DNA of 63,853 nucleotides, filler included, from Reclinomonas americana ATCC 50394 (taxonomy: Eukaryota): NCBI GenBank assembly GCA_048213135.1. It is 20 parts of 20 records of this genome, joined end to end, with 100 filler letters (N's around TTAATTAATTAA, not from the genome) between each part and the next. Parts side by side here need not be neighbours in the genome. Positions count along the whole stretch, not along the records: positions 48,493 to 49,816 come from AFZH01024284.1; positions 49,917 to 52,493 come from AFZH01024286.1; positions 52,594 to 53,636 come from AFZH01024287.1; positions 53,737 to 58,394 come from AFZH01024288.1; positions 58,495 to 60,553 come from AFZH01024289.1; positions 60,654 to 62,228 come from AFZH01024290.1; 14 more parts are not named here. One strand, given 5' to 3'. Under the pieces are notes generated by a model. That model saw only the letters and a list, made by a program, of their open reading frames with translations. It ran no database searches and was not told the origin of the DNA. How positions within the stretch are numbered: the first letter of the stretch is position 1; every line of letters begins with the position of its first letter. Shown here piece by piece: positions 48,896-61,187 of the stretch. A program made the position numbers and the translations under genes.

Positions 48896-49450
48896 TCAGG
48901 CGCCGAGGATCGTCAGAATGATGCGTACCGGCTGGTCGCCGATATTTCTGAACCAGTGCTCGGTATCGACCAGCACCGTCGCGGTGTCACCGGCGCCCAG
49001 TGTGATCGTCTCCTGCCCGGCGTGGATCTCGAGACGGCCGGTGAGAACGTGGAAAATCTCGCGCGTTCCCGGCTTATGCGGTGCGAAGCGGTTCGATGTC
49101 GCTCCCGGCGGGACGCTGTAGGACAGGAGCTCCAGATCCGGCGTCGGGCGCGCCAGTGTCAGCCGCTCGATTCCCGTCACATCGTCGAAGAAGCGCAGAT
49201 TCTCGCCGTCGCGGGTGATCTTGGCATTGTCGCGCTCCACCAGCTCGGAGAGCTCGAGGCCGAGGCCGCGCGCAATGGCGATCGCGTTGCGCAATGTCGG
49301 GCTGAGCAGCCCGCGCTCGACCCGGGACAGCGCGGCCGCCGAAACGCCGCTCGTCCCGGCGAGCTGATCGAGCGTCACGCCGAGCTGCGTGCGACGCGTG
49401 CGCACTGCGTTCCCGAACCGGACATCCTGATCCTGCGACTCTAACTCCAC
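48896..49450 (-). CDS. XRE-family HTH + cupin transcriptional regulator
   Basis: TLDQLAGTSGVSAAALSRVERGLLSPT; cupin EIFHVLTGRL...LGAGD...HWFRN. Confidence 0.9.
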   Translation of the reverse strand: MELESQDQDVRFGNAVRTRRTQLGVTLDQLAGTSGVSAAALSRVERGLLSPTLRNAIAIARGLGLELSELVERDNAKITRDGENLRFFDDVTGIERLTLARPTPDLELLSYSVPPGATSNRFAPHKPGTREIFHVLTGRLEIHAGQETITLGAGDTATVLVDTEHWFRNIGDQPVRIILTILGA

Positions 49451-49465
49451 GTGAAACCCCTGAGC

Positions 49466-49494
49466 TTGACAAATTGCATATTAGCAAAAATAAT
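49466..49494 (+). promoter_or_regulatory. Sigma70-like promoter overlapped by an inverted repeat (probable XRE operator)
   Basis: TTGACA 49466-49471, 17-bp spacer, AATAAT 49489-49494; TTGC-N6-GCAA at 49474-49487. Confidence 0.55.
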
Positions 49495-49521
49495 TTCTGA
49501 TCTGCAAATCGAAGGCATCCG

Positions 49522-49816
49522 ATGTCCACCCTCCTCAGCGCATTGCCGGCGCTGTCCACCATCCTCGCCCTCGCGGTCGGGGCGCGCTCGCTGCACGCCG
49601 CCCTTCTGGGCGTGGGAACGGCAGCGCTCGCCATCCTGCTGGCCTTTCCGCTTCCTCCGGACAGCATACTGCCCCACCACCTTGCGCTGGACCCCCATCC
49701 TGATGGAAGTCCTGCTGATCGTCGCAGGCGGGCTGCTGCTGTCGGAGGTGCTGCGGCAGGCCGGCGGGCAGGCTGCGCTGGCGAGCTGGATCAGCGGACG
49801 CGCCGGCCAGGGCGTC
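49522..49816 (+). CDS. L-lactate permease-like membrane protein, 3'-partial, apparent frameshift near 49672
   Basis: Hydrophobic N-terminus continues in another frame as PTTLRWTPILMEVLLIVAGGLLLSEVL; the shift falls in a C run. Confidence 0.55.
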
Positions 49817-49928
49817 NNNNNNNNNNNNNNNNNNNNNNNNNNNNNNNNNNNNNNNNNNNNTTAATTAATTAANNNNNNNNNNNNNNNNNNNNNNNNNNNN
49901 NNNNNNNNNNNNNNNNAAAACAATTTCC

Positions 49929-50221
49929 CTCACCCATAAAAGAACAAACAAATACTTGCAGAAAAACAGAGAAAGGCATGCCTGTATCGATTTATCATTT
50001 GTGTTTGGAGCGATGGCAAGGCGACACACACTCTTGTCGCACTGTGTGTGTGCAAGAAACGGAAAGACTCCCTCTCCCAACCTCACCCCATAAAAGATCA
50101 AACAAGAACCTGCAGAGAAAAAGGTATGCATGTATCGATTTATGATTTGTGTTTGGAGCGATGGCAAGGTGAAGCACACACTCTTGCCGCATTGTGCGTG
50201 TGTGTAAGGAACGGAAAAGAC
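49929..50221. repeat. ~152 bp imperfect direct duplication
   Basis: cctcaccc(c)ataaaaga...tgtatcgatttat.atttgtgtttggagcgatggcaagg at ~49929 and ~50081. Confidence 0.85.
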
Positions 50222-50241
50222 AACAACACATGGTGGCGCTC

Positions 50242-51546
50242 TTACTCCGCAGCGATCTCAGCGGCCGGAGCAGGAGCAGCAGCAGCCGCCGGAGCGATGT
50301 GCCTCATCTCCTGCGCCTCGCGAGCGTAGCGCGCCTGGGCGATCGAGTGGATGACCTCCACGATGAACCAGGCGACCGCCAGAGCCAGCAGACCGGTCCA
50401 AGCCAGCCCGGCGTAGCGGGCGAAGTCGGTCTGTGATGTGGGGAAGGGGATCAGTGAGAGTTGAAGGAAAGGGAGGGGAGAAGAAGAAGGAGAAGCATTT
50501 TGTCATGCAACATGAAAACAAGCTATCGCTTCACGTGTTTTCTCTCTCAAAAGCCCCCTTTCCCTCGTATCCATTTCACGCACCTCGGTGCCCTCATTGC
50601 GCGACAGCAAGACCAGGTTCTCGGCAAACGAGCCCGCAGTCGGGTGAATGTTACGCATGTACGCCAGCGCGCTGTCAATCACCGCCGGAGTCGACGACAG
50701 CATGGCGGTGAACGCCTGCAAACGACACGGTCAGGCGCCTGATGTCGACACGAAGTCCAAGACATTGGCCCTTACCAAAATGTGCGCCTTCAGCAGGCCC
50801 TTGCCAATCAGCACGGCGATGAAAAACGTGGGGAACGAAATCAGAGCGCTGCCGCAGAGCAGGCCACTGAGGTCGAACAGCGGGTTGGGCGTCTGTGTGT
50901 TGAGGAGGAGAAGTCAATATGCAGAGAGGAAGAAAGCAGATGCATAAGGATAATTGACACGAGATGAGCATTCTCTGCGTATAGTTAACGCTCATGCACT
51001 CTCTCACTCATGGCAAATACTTCTCCATCAAATTCACTATTTCTCTCTCGCTCACGCACTGTACGTCTCCACTTTTTCATTCTCTCCCGTGCACACGTAC
51101 ACTCACAGACACTCGCTTTCTCATCACAAGTTCACTCAGTTCTGTCACTCTTTCTCCGTCACATACACACTCGCTTTCCATCTTTCCCTCTCTCTCGCTC
51201 TCTCGTTCATTCATTCACAATCTCTCATTCACAATGTGCTCACAGACAACCTCATTCTAACATTCAGACTTTCTATTCATTCTCTCTCTTTTACGTCCTC
51301 TCTCTCTCGCTCATTTATTCGCTCTTTCTCTCTATCTCACTGACAGCCCTTCATTCTCATTCCTAATGCACTCACTCTCTCTCAACACACTCTTTGTCTC
51401 CCTTTCTTTGTCGCTCACATTTGCACTCACTGACATTCTCTCTTTTCTCATCACTAATTCACTCTCTCTGTTTCGGCTCACGCTCATTGTCTCTCACTCA
51501 CATTTGTGCTCACTCACTCCTCTCTCTCTCTCTCTCTTTACCCCGC

Positions 51547-51585
<39 letters not shown>

Positions 51586-52493
51586 CGGCTCACGCTCATT
51601 GCCTCTCACTCACATTGGTGCTCACTCACTCCTCTCCTCCCTTTCCCTCTCCCTCTCCTTCCCCTTTCCCTTCCCCTCTTAAACTCACCGCCGCCACCGC
51701 GCTGATCACAATGAACCGCACCAGCCAGTTGCTATTGGCGACACTCTCAAACAAATCGCGCGTCCAGCGGATGCTGCGCGCCGCCACCCCACTCTCCACA
51801 TTCTCCTCGCCCACAATGGCCGACAGTTCGTCACCGGCCTGGCGCGAGGCTCGCGCAATAAAGTACGACGGCAGCTCACCGAGCGCCGTGCCAAAGCCCC
51901 ACGCGAGGATCTCGCAGCGCACGAGATTGTACTGCGGTGTGAGCTGCTCCACCAGGGCGGCCCACGATTCGGGGTTGCCGGCGGGAGGGTGCTGCTGCAT
52001 GGTTTGCAGGATCAGCGGGATGAGGTACAGGGCGCCAGTGTGCAGTCCGAAGCCTGTGTGTGTGGGGAAGGGGATGGGCAAGAAGTAAGAAAGGGAGAGA
52101 AATGGATGGGATGTGGGGGAGAGGCGTACCGAGACCGCACGATGAGAGGAAGCCGAGGAGGACCCACCAGCCGTACTTGATGATTGCGTCGTGCGATTGG
52201 TTGGCGAACTGACGGAGGGGGAAGGAGGGTGAGATGAGGGGAGGGAAGGGGAAGGGGAGGGAGAAGGGAGGGGAAAAGAGGGGGAAAGGAGGGGGAAGGA
52301 GGGCGAAGGAGGGGGAAAGGGGAAGGGATGAGGAAGAAGGGGAATGGAGGGGAATGGAGGGGAATGGAGGGGAAGAGAGGGACAAGGTGAATGCAGGCGA
52401 GCACGCGAATTATGAGCAACCAATCATGTAGTACCAACTCAACTCCAATTCCCACTCCAATAGACAGCAGTGCCACGAGAAGCACGCTGTTGC
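50242..52493 (-). CDS. VMP1: Vacuole membrane protein 1, multi-exon, 5'-partial
   Basis: [67 protein letters not shown]. Confidence 0.92.
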
Positions 52494-52976
52494 NNNNNNN
52501 NNNNNNNNNNNNNNNNNNNNNNNNNNNNNNNNNNNNNTTAATTAATTAANNNNNNNNNNNNNNNNNNNNNNNNNNNNNNNNNNNNNNNNNNNNGTCGTGA
52601 CTGCAATGGAGGTGAGTGGGAAGATGACTGAAGGGAGTAACGAGGGAAAACGCAACGACGCAGTAATGGCTCCACGAGCGGGAGAACGGCTGCGCGTGCG
52701 CAAAGCGGGCGGCGAGCGATTGATCAGAATGTCGGCCGGCCTGCAGTAGCACAATAGTCGGATCAGACGAGAGGCAAGTATATCACACTGTTTTCAATCA
52801 GGCCATGCATCGCTTCCTCTTTTCTGCCTGTCTCTCTCACTGTTGAAATGTCTCAATCTCGCAGGCTCTCTGTTTGCTCTCTCCCGCTCTCTATCTGCCT
52901 GCTCTTCCTCCACACGCACAGTTCATCTGTCTGCATGACAATGTCTTTCCCGCTCTCTCAGTCTCATTGCTCAGCT

Positions 52977-53012
<36 letters not shown>

Positions 53013-53736
53013 CTCACTGTGCACGTGTGTGATTGAGACAAACCGTGACGGAACGGAGAGAGAGAGGAGACAAAGAGAGATTGAGAGAGCAGAGTAGAGA
53101 CAAGACAGACAGAGAGGGGAAGCGAGACAGACATACAAAACAGAGACTGACAGAGCGGGAGAAACAGACACATACACACACACCTCCACAGAGAGAGAAT
53201 AGCAGCCTCGTGTCAGCTTCTCTAGCCGTCAATCCCTCTTCTCTTCACTTTTTCTCTCTCTCTTTGGCACAAACCTGGCAATCGAGCTGCGGGAGCGACG
53301 CACCGCCGACGAGCGATCCTTGCTGTCGGTGCTGCTCTGCGACTGCTTCTCGAAATCGGCATGCCTGCCGTGTCGGTTTGTGTGAGAGGGAGAAAGGAGA
53401 GACCACAGAGCCCCCACAGTGAGCTCAACGCAACTCGGCGAGGGGCAACGTGCTCGAGCGGCGCACGCTGGACTCCGGCGGCAGCACGAATTCAATAGAC
53501 GGGTCGGCCTTCTCCAGTTGGTGCATGAAGCCGGGGTTTTGTATGATGTCGCGGATGGAGTCCAGCGCCTTGGCCTTCTGCTCGACGAGGAAGGGGGAGG
53601 GTGAGAGAGAAGACGGAGAGGGAGAGGGGGAGGGAANNNNNNNNNNNNNNNNNNNNNNNNNNNNNNNNNNNNNNNNNNNNTTAATTAATTAANNNNNNNN
53701 NNNNNNNNNNNNNNNNNNNNNNNNNNNNNNNNNNNN

Positions 53737-53787
<51 letters not shown>

Positions 53788-54706
53788 AGAGGAGAGGAGT
53801 GAAGTGTGTGTGTGTGAGAGAGGATGAGGAAGAATGCAACGAAGGAAGAATTTATTGAGACACAACCAGAGGTGTGTGCAAGCAACGGAGCAGAACTCCG
53901 AGGTAGCATGATGCAGGCAAAGAGAGAGAGAGAGAGAGAGAGAGGTGGAGAGAGAGAGAGAGAGAAGAAAGAGAAGCGAGTAAAAGCTGGAATAGAGGCA
54001 GTGACTGAAGACTGAGTGAATGTGTGTGAGGGAGGGACTTGGAGAGCAAGTCGACGAGTGACAGAGGGGCACGGAGAATGCGAGGTGGAGGCAGTGTGTG
54101 AGGTGGGACTGAAAGAGTGTGAGAGCGAGAGGTGACAGAGATGGAAGGAGAGGAAGAGACAAAGTGGGCAGAGAGGAAGAAGAACAGAGAGTAACAAGAG
54201 GGAGAGTGATAGAAGACTGAGGAAGATGGCAAGACTGAGAGCAGGCACCTCTCCCACTGTCGCAGCCTCCGCTTGCTTTCTTTCCCCCTCTCTCATCCAC
54301 TTGCTCTCGTCTCATGATTCTCCGTTCGTGTGCAAACGGCAATGCTGTCTGTTTCTTTCAACAAACACAGCGCGTACTCTTGTGTCGTCAGTCGTTTCTG
54401 TTTCGCTCTCCTATCCCCTCACTTCTCTCTGCTTCTCTCCCTCTCTTCCTTCTATGCTTTCCCTTTTCTCTTCCTCGTCTCTCCCTTCCCTTCCTTCGTT
54501 CCCATTCCGTTCATCCTGTTTTTTCTGCTAACTCTTCTAATTCTCTCTCTCGCTTCTCCCCTTGCTCTCTCTCCCCATTCTTCCCATTGTTCCCCTCCTA
54601 TCCCCTTATTTTTCCTTCTCCCTTCCCCTTCCCCCTTTCCTTCCCCGTTTCCCCTTCCCCCTTTCCTTCCCCCCTTTCCCTCACCCTTCCCCGTCCCCCT
54701 CTACAG

Positions 54707-55150
54707 ACACAATGCATCCAAACCAAACTCGCCATCACGCACGCCCGCAAGCGCACCGAAACCCTCCGCCAATTCCACCAACGCCTCTTCTCGCACACCC
54801 AAAAGACGCACGAGCGAGCGGCCTCACTGCGCGCCCGCAACGAGGCCCTGCGGCGCGAACTGGAGCAAGTCGACGCCGACGTGGAGCAACTGGAGGCGCA
54901 ACGCGACAAGCTGCAGTGGGACATGGACTTGGCGCGGAAGCAGCTGGAGGCGGAGCAGACGGCGGCGGTGGTGGCCTCGCAGCGGCGCGACAATGCCGTG
55001 CACTTGTTGCACGATTTGCAAAAGAGGGAGCACGATGCGAGGAGGCAAATGTTTGACGCAGAGAGGGATATGGAGGCGGCGCGCAGTCGGTTGGAGGAGA
55101 GTATTACGAAGAGGGCGGATTTGGAAAAGGTGGTGTTGGCGGCCATGTAA
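54707..55150 (+). CDS. Terminal exon of a coiled-coil protein
   Basis: AG acceptor after a pyrimidine tract; heptad-rich LRARNEALRRELEQVDADVEQLEAQRDKL. Confidence 0.55.
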   Translation, partial: TQCIQTKLAITHARKRTETLRQFHQRLFSHTQKTHERAASLRARNEALRRELEQVDADVEQLEAQRDKLQWDMDLARKQLEAEQTAAVVASQRRDNAVHLLHDLQKREHDARRQMFDAERDMEAARSRLEESITKRADLEKVVLAAM

Positions 55151-55683
55151 GTGTATCGTTGTTGGAGGAGAAGGGGGAGACCAGGGAAAGGGGGAAGTTG
55201 GGGAAGATATGGTAGAGGGAGGCCGTACAGCGACCTGGAGTCTCTCGTTGTGCTGCACGCACCCTTCTCCTTCTCGGCCCCATCGGTTGAATGGATTGCG
55301 GCACGTAGAGCAGCTGGAGTACGAGATATGGTGAGTTGTCGAGCGTTACTGGTTGAGGTGTATGTAATCTTGTTATACCCGTCCATTCGAGCTGCATGTA
55401 TGATCAGGTGGAGTGCGAAGTATGGGGAAGTTGCCGTGAATGCATGACCTGTCTAGCGACCACACAATAGTTCACTGCGTCCCTTCTGTTTGCAAAAGCC
55501 GGATGACGCCACTGTCGATTACCTTCGTTACACACTGTGTTCATATGACTCTGGCCCTGCTCACCGAGACGAGAACCCGCAATTACTGCAAACGACTCTG
55601 CGCTGCCAATCAGCCCGCTCTTGCCCCAATTCCCACTTTTTTTCGCAAAGAATTCTATTTACACACTGTGCTACTAGCATCAT

Positions 55684-58394
55684 CTACTGGTGGTGCGCGT
55701 GCGACTGCCGCCTCTGCTGCTGCGCCACGTGGTGCATGAGGAAGCGGTAGGCATCGCGTGGTCTCCGCGTGGCCGGTGACACGCGCAGCAGTCGCAGCAC
55801 AATCAAAATCGAGAAGCCGAGATACGAGGCCAGCCCGAGGTAGGCGTACGAAAAGTTGCCGTGGAAGACCTTTTCCACCAGCAGCAGCATGGCTGTGCAG
55901 CGGAGAGATGAGCGAAGGGCGAGACAGAGGGAAGAGGCGACTTGTAACACACCGATTTGCAAGTACGATGTGACGGCCAGCGTGCAGTTGGTAATGCCGG
56001 TGAGTCGACCAAAGGCCGTTGTCGGGAATCTGCGCAACATCCCGTGTGAGCACACGCAGGCTATGTGGATGTCGCGGTTATGTGACGTAACAGATCGGCA
56101 ATGTACGCCGTGAAAATGGCCGAGTACTGGCCACGCACGAGGATGAGGAAGAAAATGGCGGCGTACATCAAGTACGGCACAATGTTGGCGGCCGCCACGC
56201 AGAGGCAGTGGCAGATGCCGAGGAGGAGGATGCTGATGAGGGTGGCGCCCATGCCGAATTGTTTCAGGGTCCACTCGGCTAAAGAGGGGAAGGAGGGGGT
56301 GAGGGGAAAGGGAAGGGGAAGGGAAAGAGAGAGACAAATAGTGCCAAGGCAAGGAGGTGGACAGTGAAAACCAGATGACCATGAGTGTAGGGCAGACTGA
56401 AGGTGAGAAGGAAACGGCGACAGACATGAGGACTAGATGACCAAGCGCGCCATGTGAAGGTGGTGACGGCTGGACCATGATGGAAGTGAGAACGTGAAAC
56501 GGAAGGCGAGAGTGAGAAAACGGACGAGATGACGACTTGAGACGATGATGGGAAAGAAAATGAAGGATCGAGAGGGGAGAAAAGGTGAAGGAAACTGAGA
56601 GGGAAGAGTGGGAGAGGAACGAAGAATGAGGGGAGAGGAAGAGGGAGAGAGAGAGTGAGAGGCAGAATGGGAGAGAGAGAGGCGGAATTGGAGGAAAACT
56701 GAGAGGCGAAGACGAAGGATAAGAGTGAACTAAGCAAGCTGTTGGCGTGAGAGAACATAGGCAACAATACAGTTACAACGCCCTCACTTCTATGCCCCGT
56801 ATCTTCTCATTGTCTCTTTCTCTCTCGCGGCATTCTCCACATTCTGTTTCGCATTCTCTTCTCCTTCTTTCTCTGTCCCCTCTCCGCCACGCAACAAATG
56901 ATGACACTAAACGCCGTGGTCGGATAAACAATCGAGAACACAAAGAGAAACACCGTGGCCTGCTCCGGCGTGCCGACCGAATTAAAGCTGCACCACGAAT
57001 GTGTTAGCGTCCATCAACACAAGGCGAAGGAAAGGGAGGACAAAGGCGGAAGACAGAGAAAGGTAACAGAGCAAAGAGAGTCCCACACACCTTGCGGTGG
57101 GGAAGGACAGAGAGGAAGAGAAGAGGCAAACACACAATTACAGCCCCATCACCCGCTGCGCGACTGAGAGGAGGAGAAAGAGAAAGGACGAAAGCACGTT
57201 GAGAGCCCACACATAGTTCGCTTGTCACACGAGAGAGAGGAGATGGAGAGAGCGAGAGAAACACGAGAGCCCCCCTTCATCCTGCGTGAGTTATGAGTCG
57301 AGGGGAAGACAGAGGAGGAAGAGAAGAGAGAAGACGACAACAGACTAATCGTATGTCATGCGAGTTCAGAATGGCGGGGAGGACAGAGGAGGGAGAGAGG
57401 AGAGAAGACTGAGCGTGAGTAACGCGAGCTATGAATGGTGTGGGAGGACAAGGGAGAGAGAAATTAAACCGACAGCAGTCAGAGACCTGCGCATCCTGCC
57501 TAAGTCGAGAAGGGAGGGCAGGGGACAAACATTCACTAAAGACAAGAGCACGCGTAGAGCCCACACATCCTGCGTGAGTCAAGACGGGGGGACAAGAGAG
57601 AAAGAGACGAACAGCGACAGCAGATTAAGAGCCCTACACATCCTCACGAGTCGTGCAGGATGCGAAGAGAACGAGAGACAGTGCGAGAGCATGAATCCTT
57701 TCATCTGCGCGAGCCAAGAAGAGTGGCAGCGATGAATGAGAACGAAAGAGACGAGAGTTGACTGCGGGCCCCTCAGATCTGTCCGCATTGAGCAAGAGCG
57801 AAAGATCTAGATTCTCCTTCCATCCCACCCCGTCGCTTCTTCTCCCCACGCCGCCCCCTTCCCCTTCTTCCCCGCACCCCTCCCCTTCCCCTTCTCTTGG
57901 TACCCAGGGACTCACATGAGCGTGGCATTGCCGACGAAGAAATGCGTGAGAATGGAGATGCCCATCGAGAACATGATGAGCGTGAAAAAGTCGTATGACA
58001 TGAAGTTTTGGCAGAGAGTGAAGGTTTGGCCCGGCGTCTCAATCTGCAGCAAGGAAATGAGCAAAGAGTCCTCAATCAATTGTTGAGAACAATACTCACC
58101 ACGCCAGAGTGCTTCAGGTGCCACGAGGTCAGATTGCTGAGCGCCAGCGACTTGGAAATGAGTAGTCTGCGCAGCTCCACCATATTCTTCACGTCCTCAT
58201 TGACGGTGGCGCCTGGCAGGTTGCCCGCCTCCACATCATCATCGTCGTCATCGATATCAGAGTCCGAGTCGTGCGTGGGACCCGAAATCTGCTCCAGCAA
58301 GCTCGGCCGGCGCCGGTCATCCTTGCTGATCAGCGACTCGCCGTGTTGATCGTCGCCGTCGTCGGCGTGCCCGTCGTTCTCATAGGCCGCGGCA
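55684..58394 (-). CDS. Eukaryotic MFS transporter (SLC43/FMP42-like), multi-exon, 5'-partial
   Basis: Multiple hydrophobic exons; YSAIFTAYIAD..FPTTAFGRLTG; acidic central loop. Confidence 0.55.
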
Positions 58395-58644
58395 NNNNNN
58401 NNNNNNNNNNNNNNNNNNNNNNNNNNNNNNNNNNNNNNTTAATTAATTAANNNNNNNNNNNNNNNNNNNNNNNNNNNNNNNNNNNNNNNNNNNNGAGGAT
58501 TGCTATCGCGACCTGCGTCCTCGCTCCGGGTGACGTGAGAATGGGGCGCGCTTGGCAACCAGTAATTGAATCTTGCGCTGGAAGCGCTTGACGCTGCAGT
58601 GACTTGAGAAGAGTCTAGCAACCGAATCCAGACAACGGCAAAGC

Positions 58645-60553
58645 ATGACGGTGCATACCCAGGTTCCAGTTGTCGCGATTGAGGATGAGAAAGCGGCCGA
58701 GTTCGCCGATATCCTGCGCGAGCAGGTTCGCGAAAGGGCCGAAAGCGAACCGGGCGAGGGGATAGTTCTCGATGCGCACTTGCTCGCCGTGTCGATGGAT
58801 TATCTCGAAGACCAGGGCGGCGTTGCGACCGACGTCGGCGAAGGAGCGGTCGGCGCCGACGATTTCGTCCGAATGCCTTTCAAGGCCAAGATCAAGAACA
58901 CGAATGTCCTGATCCTCGGCTATCTACCAATCGGCTCGGACGGCCAGCTTACGCTGTTCACCGCCCGCTACGGCGACGATCCGGCCGACCGCACCCTGAG
59001 CGTCGGCGAGTTCCGGAGCAGGATCGAACAGGCGCGCAGGTTCTTCATCCTGGCCTACAACGAGCCCGACCTGTTCGCCGACCATGCGCAGGTTCGTCCG
59101 CTCGTCGACCACATCACCGATCAGGGCGACCGGATTTCCGAACTCCGCATCGTCTTCGTGACCAACCTGAAGCTGGGCACCAGCAAGTACGACCGCGAAG
59201 TCAGCCTCGGCGACATCGACGTCGTCTATGACGTCTACGACGTCGAGCGCCTGCACAAGCTGTCGGACGAAACGTTCAGCGCCTCCGACATCGTCGTCGA
59301 CTTCAACGAGGTCCTGAAGAGGCCCGTGCCGTGCCTGGAAGCGACGGGCCGGGACGAGCCCTATAAGAGCTACCTGCTCATCCTGGACGGGACGACTATC
59401 CACTGGCTGTTCAAGAGGTATGGGCCCAGGCTCTACGACACGAACCTCCGTTCCTATCTCGACAACAAGACGAAGGTGAACAAGGACATCATCAAGACGG
59501 CGAGGGAGCAGCCCGACCGCTTCCTCGCCTACAACAACGGGCTGACGGCGACCGCGCAGGAGATCGAGGTCTCGACCTACCACGGCCAGCCCAGCATCTC
59601 GCGCATCGTCGGCCTACAGATCGTCAACGGGGCCCAGACGACCGGTTCGATATTCAAGGCCATCGAGGGGCTGCCGAAGAGCAAGCGCGGCGAGGTGGAC
59701 CTGTCCCAGCTCTCTGTCTCGGTGAAACTGACCAAGGTCACCGGCGACGACCTGAAGGAGTTCGTCCCGCGCATCACGCGCTATGCCAACACCCAGAACC
59801 CGATCCAGGCCGCCGACCTCGAAGCGAACGAGGAGCTCCACCGGCGCCTGGAGCAGCTCGCCAACGAGTCCTGGACGCCGGGAACGTCGACGCGCTGGTT
59901 CTACGAGCGGACCCGCGGATCGTATCAGGCCGCCATGAACCGCGAGGGAACGACACCCAAGCGAAAGGCCGACTTCAAGGCTCAGATCCCCAAGGAGCAG
60001 CGCCTCGGGAAGACGGACCTCGCGAGGTTCTGGATGTCGTGGAACCGCCATCCGCACCTGGTCAGCAAGGGTGCCCAGAAGAACTTCGACGCCTTCAAGA
60101 AGATGGTGTCTGATCCGTCCGGCGGCATCCCGATGGAGAAGGTCGACGAAAAGTTCTTCCGGGACGTCGTGTCGATGGCGATCCTTTTCCGCGCCGCCAG
60201 CGCCGCGGTGACGTCGGCGGGGATCGGCGGCGGCATCGGCTCGATGGTGAAGGCCTACGTCACGTCCTACCTCGCCTACCGCCTCGGCGAACGTATCAAC
60301 CTGGATATGGTCTGGCAGAACCAGGACGTCTCCGACGCCATGAAGGCGCTTCTCGACAAGTGGACGCCGCTCGTCCTGGAGCGGATGAAGCTGAATGCCG
60401 GCGACCACACGACCGAGTGGTTCAAGAAGGAGAACTGCTGGCTCGACGTTCAGGGGCTCGAAGCCGCACTACCGACCCCGCTTCCGCCGGAATGCGGCGT
60501 CCCGGAGGCACCCAAGACGTCGCCCGCGGCAGCCACCGAGCCCAAAGCAGCGG
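58645..60553 (+). CDS. AIPR (abortive infection phage resistance) family protein, long form, 3'-partial
   Basis: NLRSYL, FLAYNNGLTATA, LQIVNGAQTT, YANTQN, WFYERTRGSY, PHLVSKGAQKNF. Confidence 0.92.
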
Positions 60554-60653
60554 NNNNNNNNNNNNNNNNNNNNNNNNNNNNNNNNNNNNNNNNNNNNTTA
60601 ATTAATTAANNNNNNNNNNNNNNNNNNNNNNNNNNNNNNNNNNNNNNNNNNNN

Positions 60654-61172
60654 CTTGTTCGCTTGCAGCGACACCTCGACATCCTGCCGCCCGATCAGGC
60701 TTCCGAGATGCAGCTTGGCCTTGGCGATCCTGTCGTCCTCCCCGGTCAGCAGGACGCGGATGACCTCCGCCGGCGGCGTGTAGACGCCGGCCGCCGGCTT
60801 CACCGGGTAAGTGACCGGCGACATCTTCAGGTTCGTCGCGTCGGAGGTCCTCGTGGCGCCCAGGATCAGCACCTCGGCCTGCAGGTAGTCGCGGGTGGTA
60901 GACAAGACGGTATCGAGAAGACTGGTGTCCTGCTCCGCCAGTTCCTGGGCGGCCTCGGCCGGGAAGAACGGGTTCACCCGGTTGATCGAGGTGACGCGTC
61001 CCCAGATGATCGCACCGTAATTGCCTTCGTGCCCCGGTACGTCGGTCGGCGTGGCGACTATATCGCCGAGCTTGGCACCGTAGCTTTTCAGTATGAAGCC
61101 GTAGGTGTCGGTCGAGGCGTCGCCCACGACGGTCCCGATCCTGCGGTCCTTGTTCTTGATCCAGTCGGCCAT
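60654..61172 (-). CDS. HerA-like ATPase N-terminus (HAS barrel), 3'-partial
   Basis: IGTVVG, WGRVTSINRVNPFFP, P..P...VY, LHLGSL; directly downstream of a NurA gene; truncated before Walker A. Confidence 0.75.
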
Positions 61173-61187
61173 TGTCGTTCCCGGAAA

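Noticed and set aside
49672..49675. Programmed frameshift in the permease
   Set aside because: Short C homopolymer without a slippery heptamer; a sequencing error is more likely.
45117..49816. Horizontal transfer of the bacterial cluster into the eukaryote
   Set aside because: Boundaries coincide with spacers; there are no introns and bacterial promoters/operators are intact.
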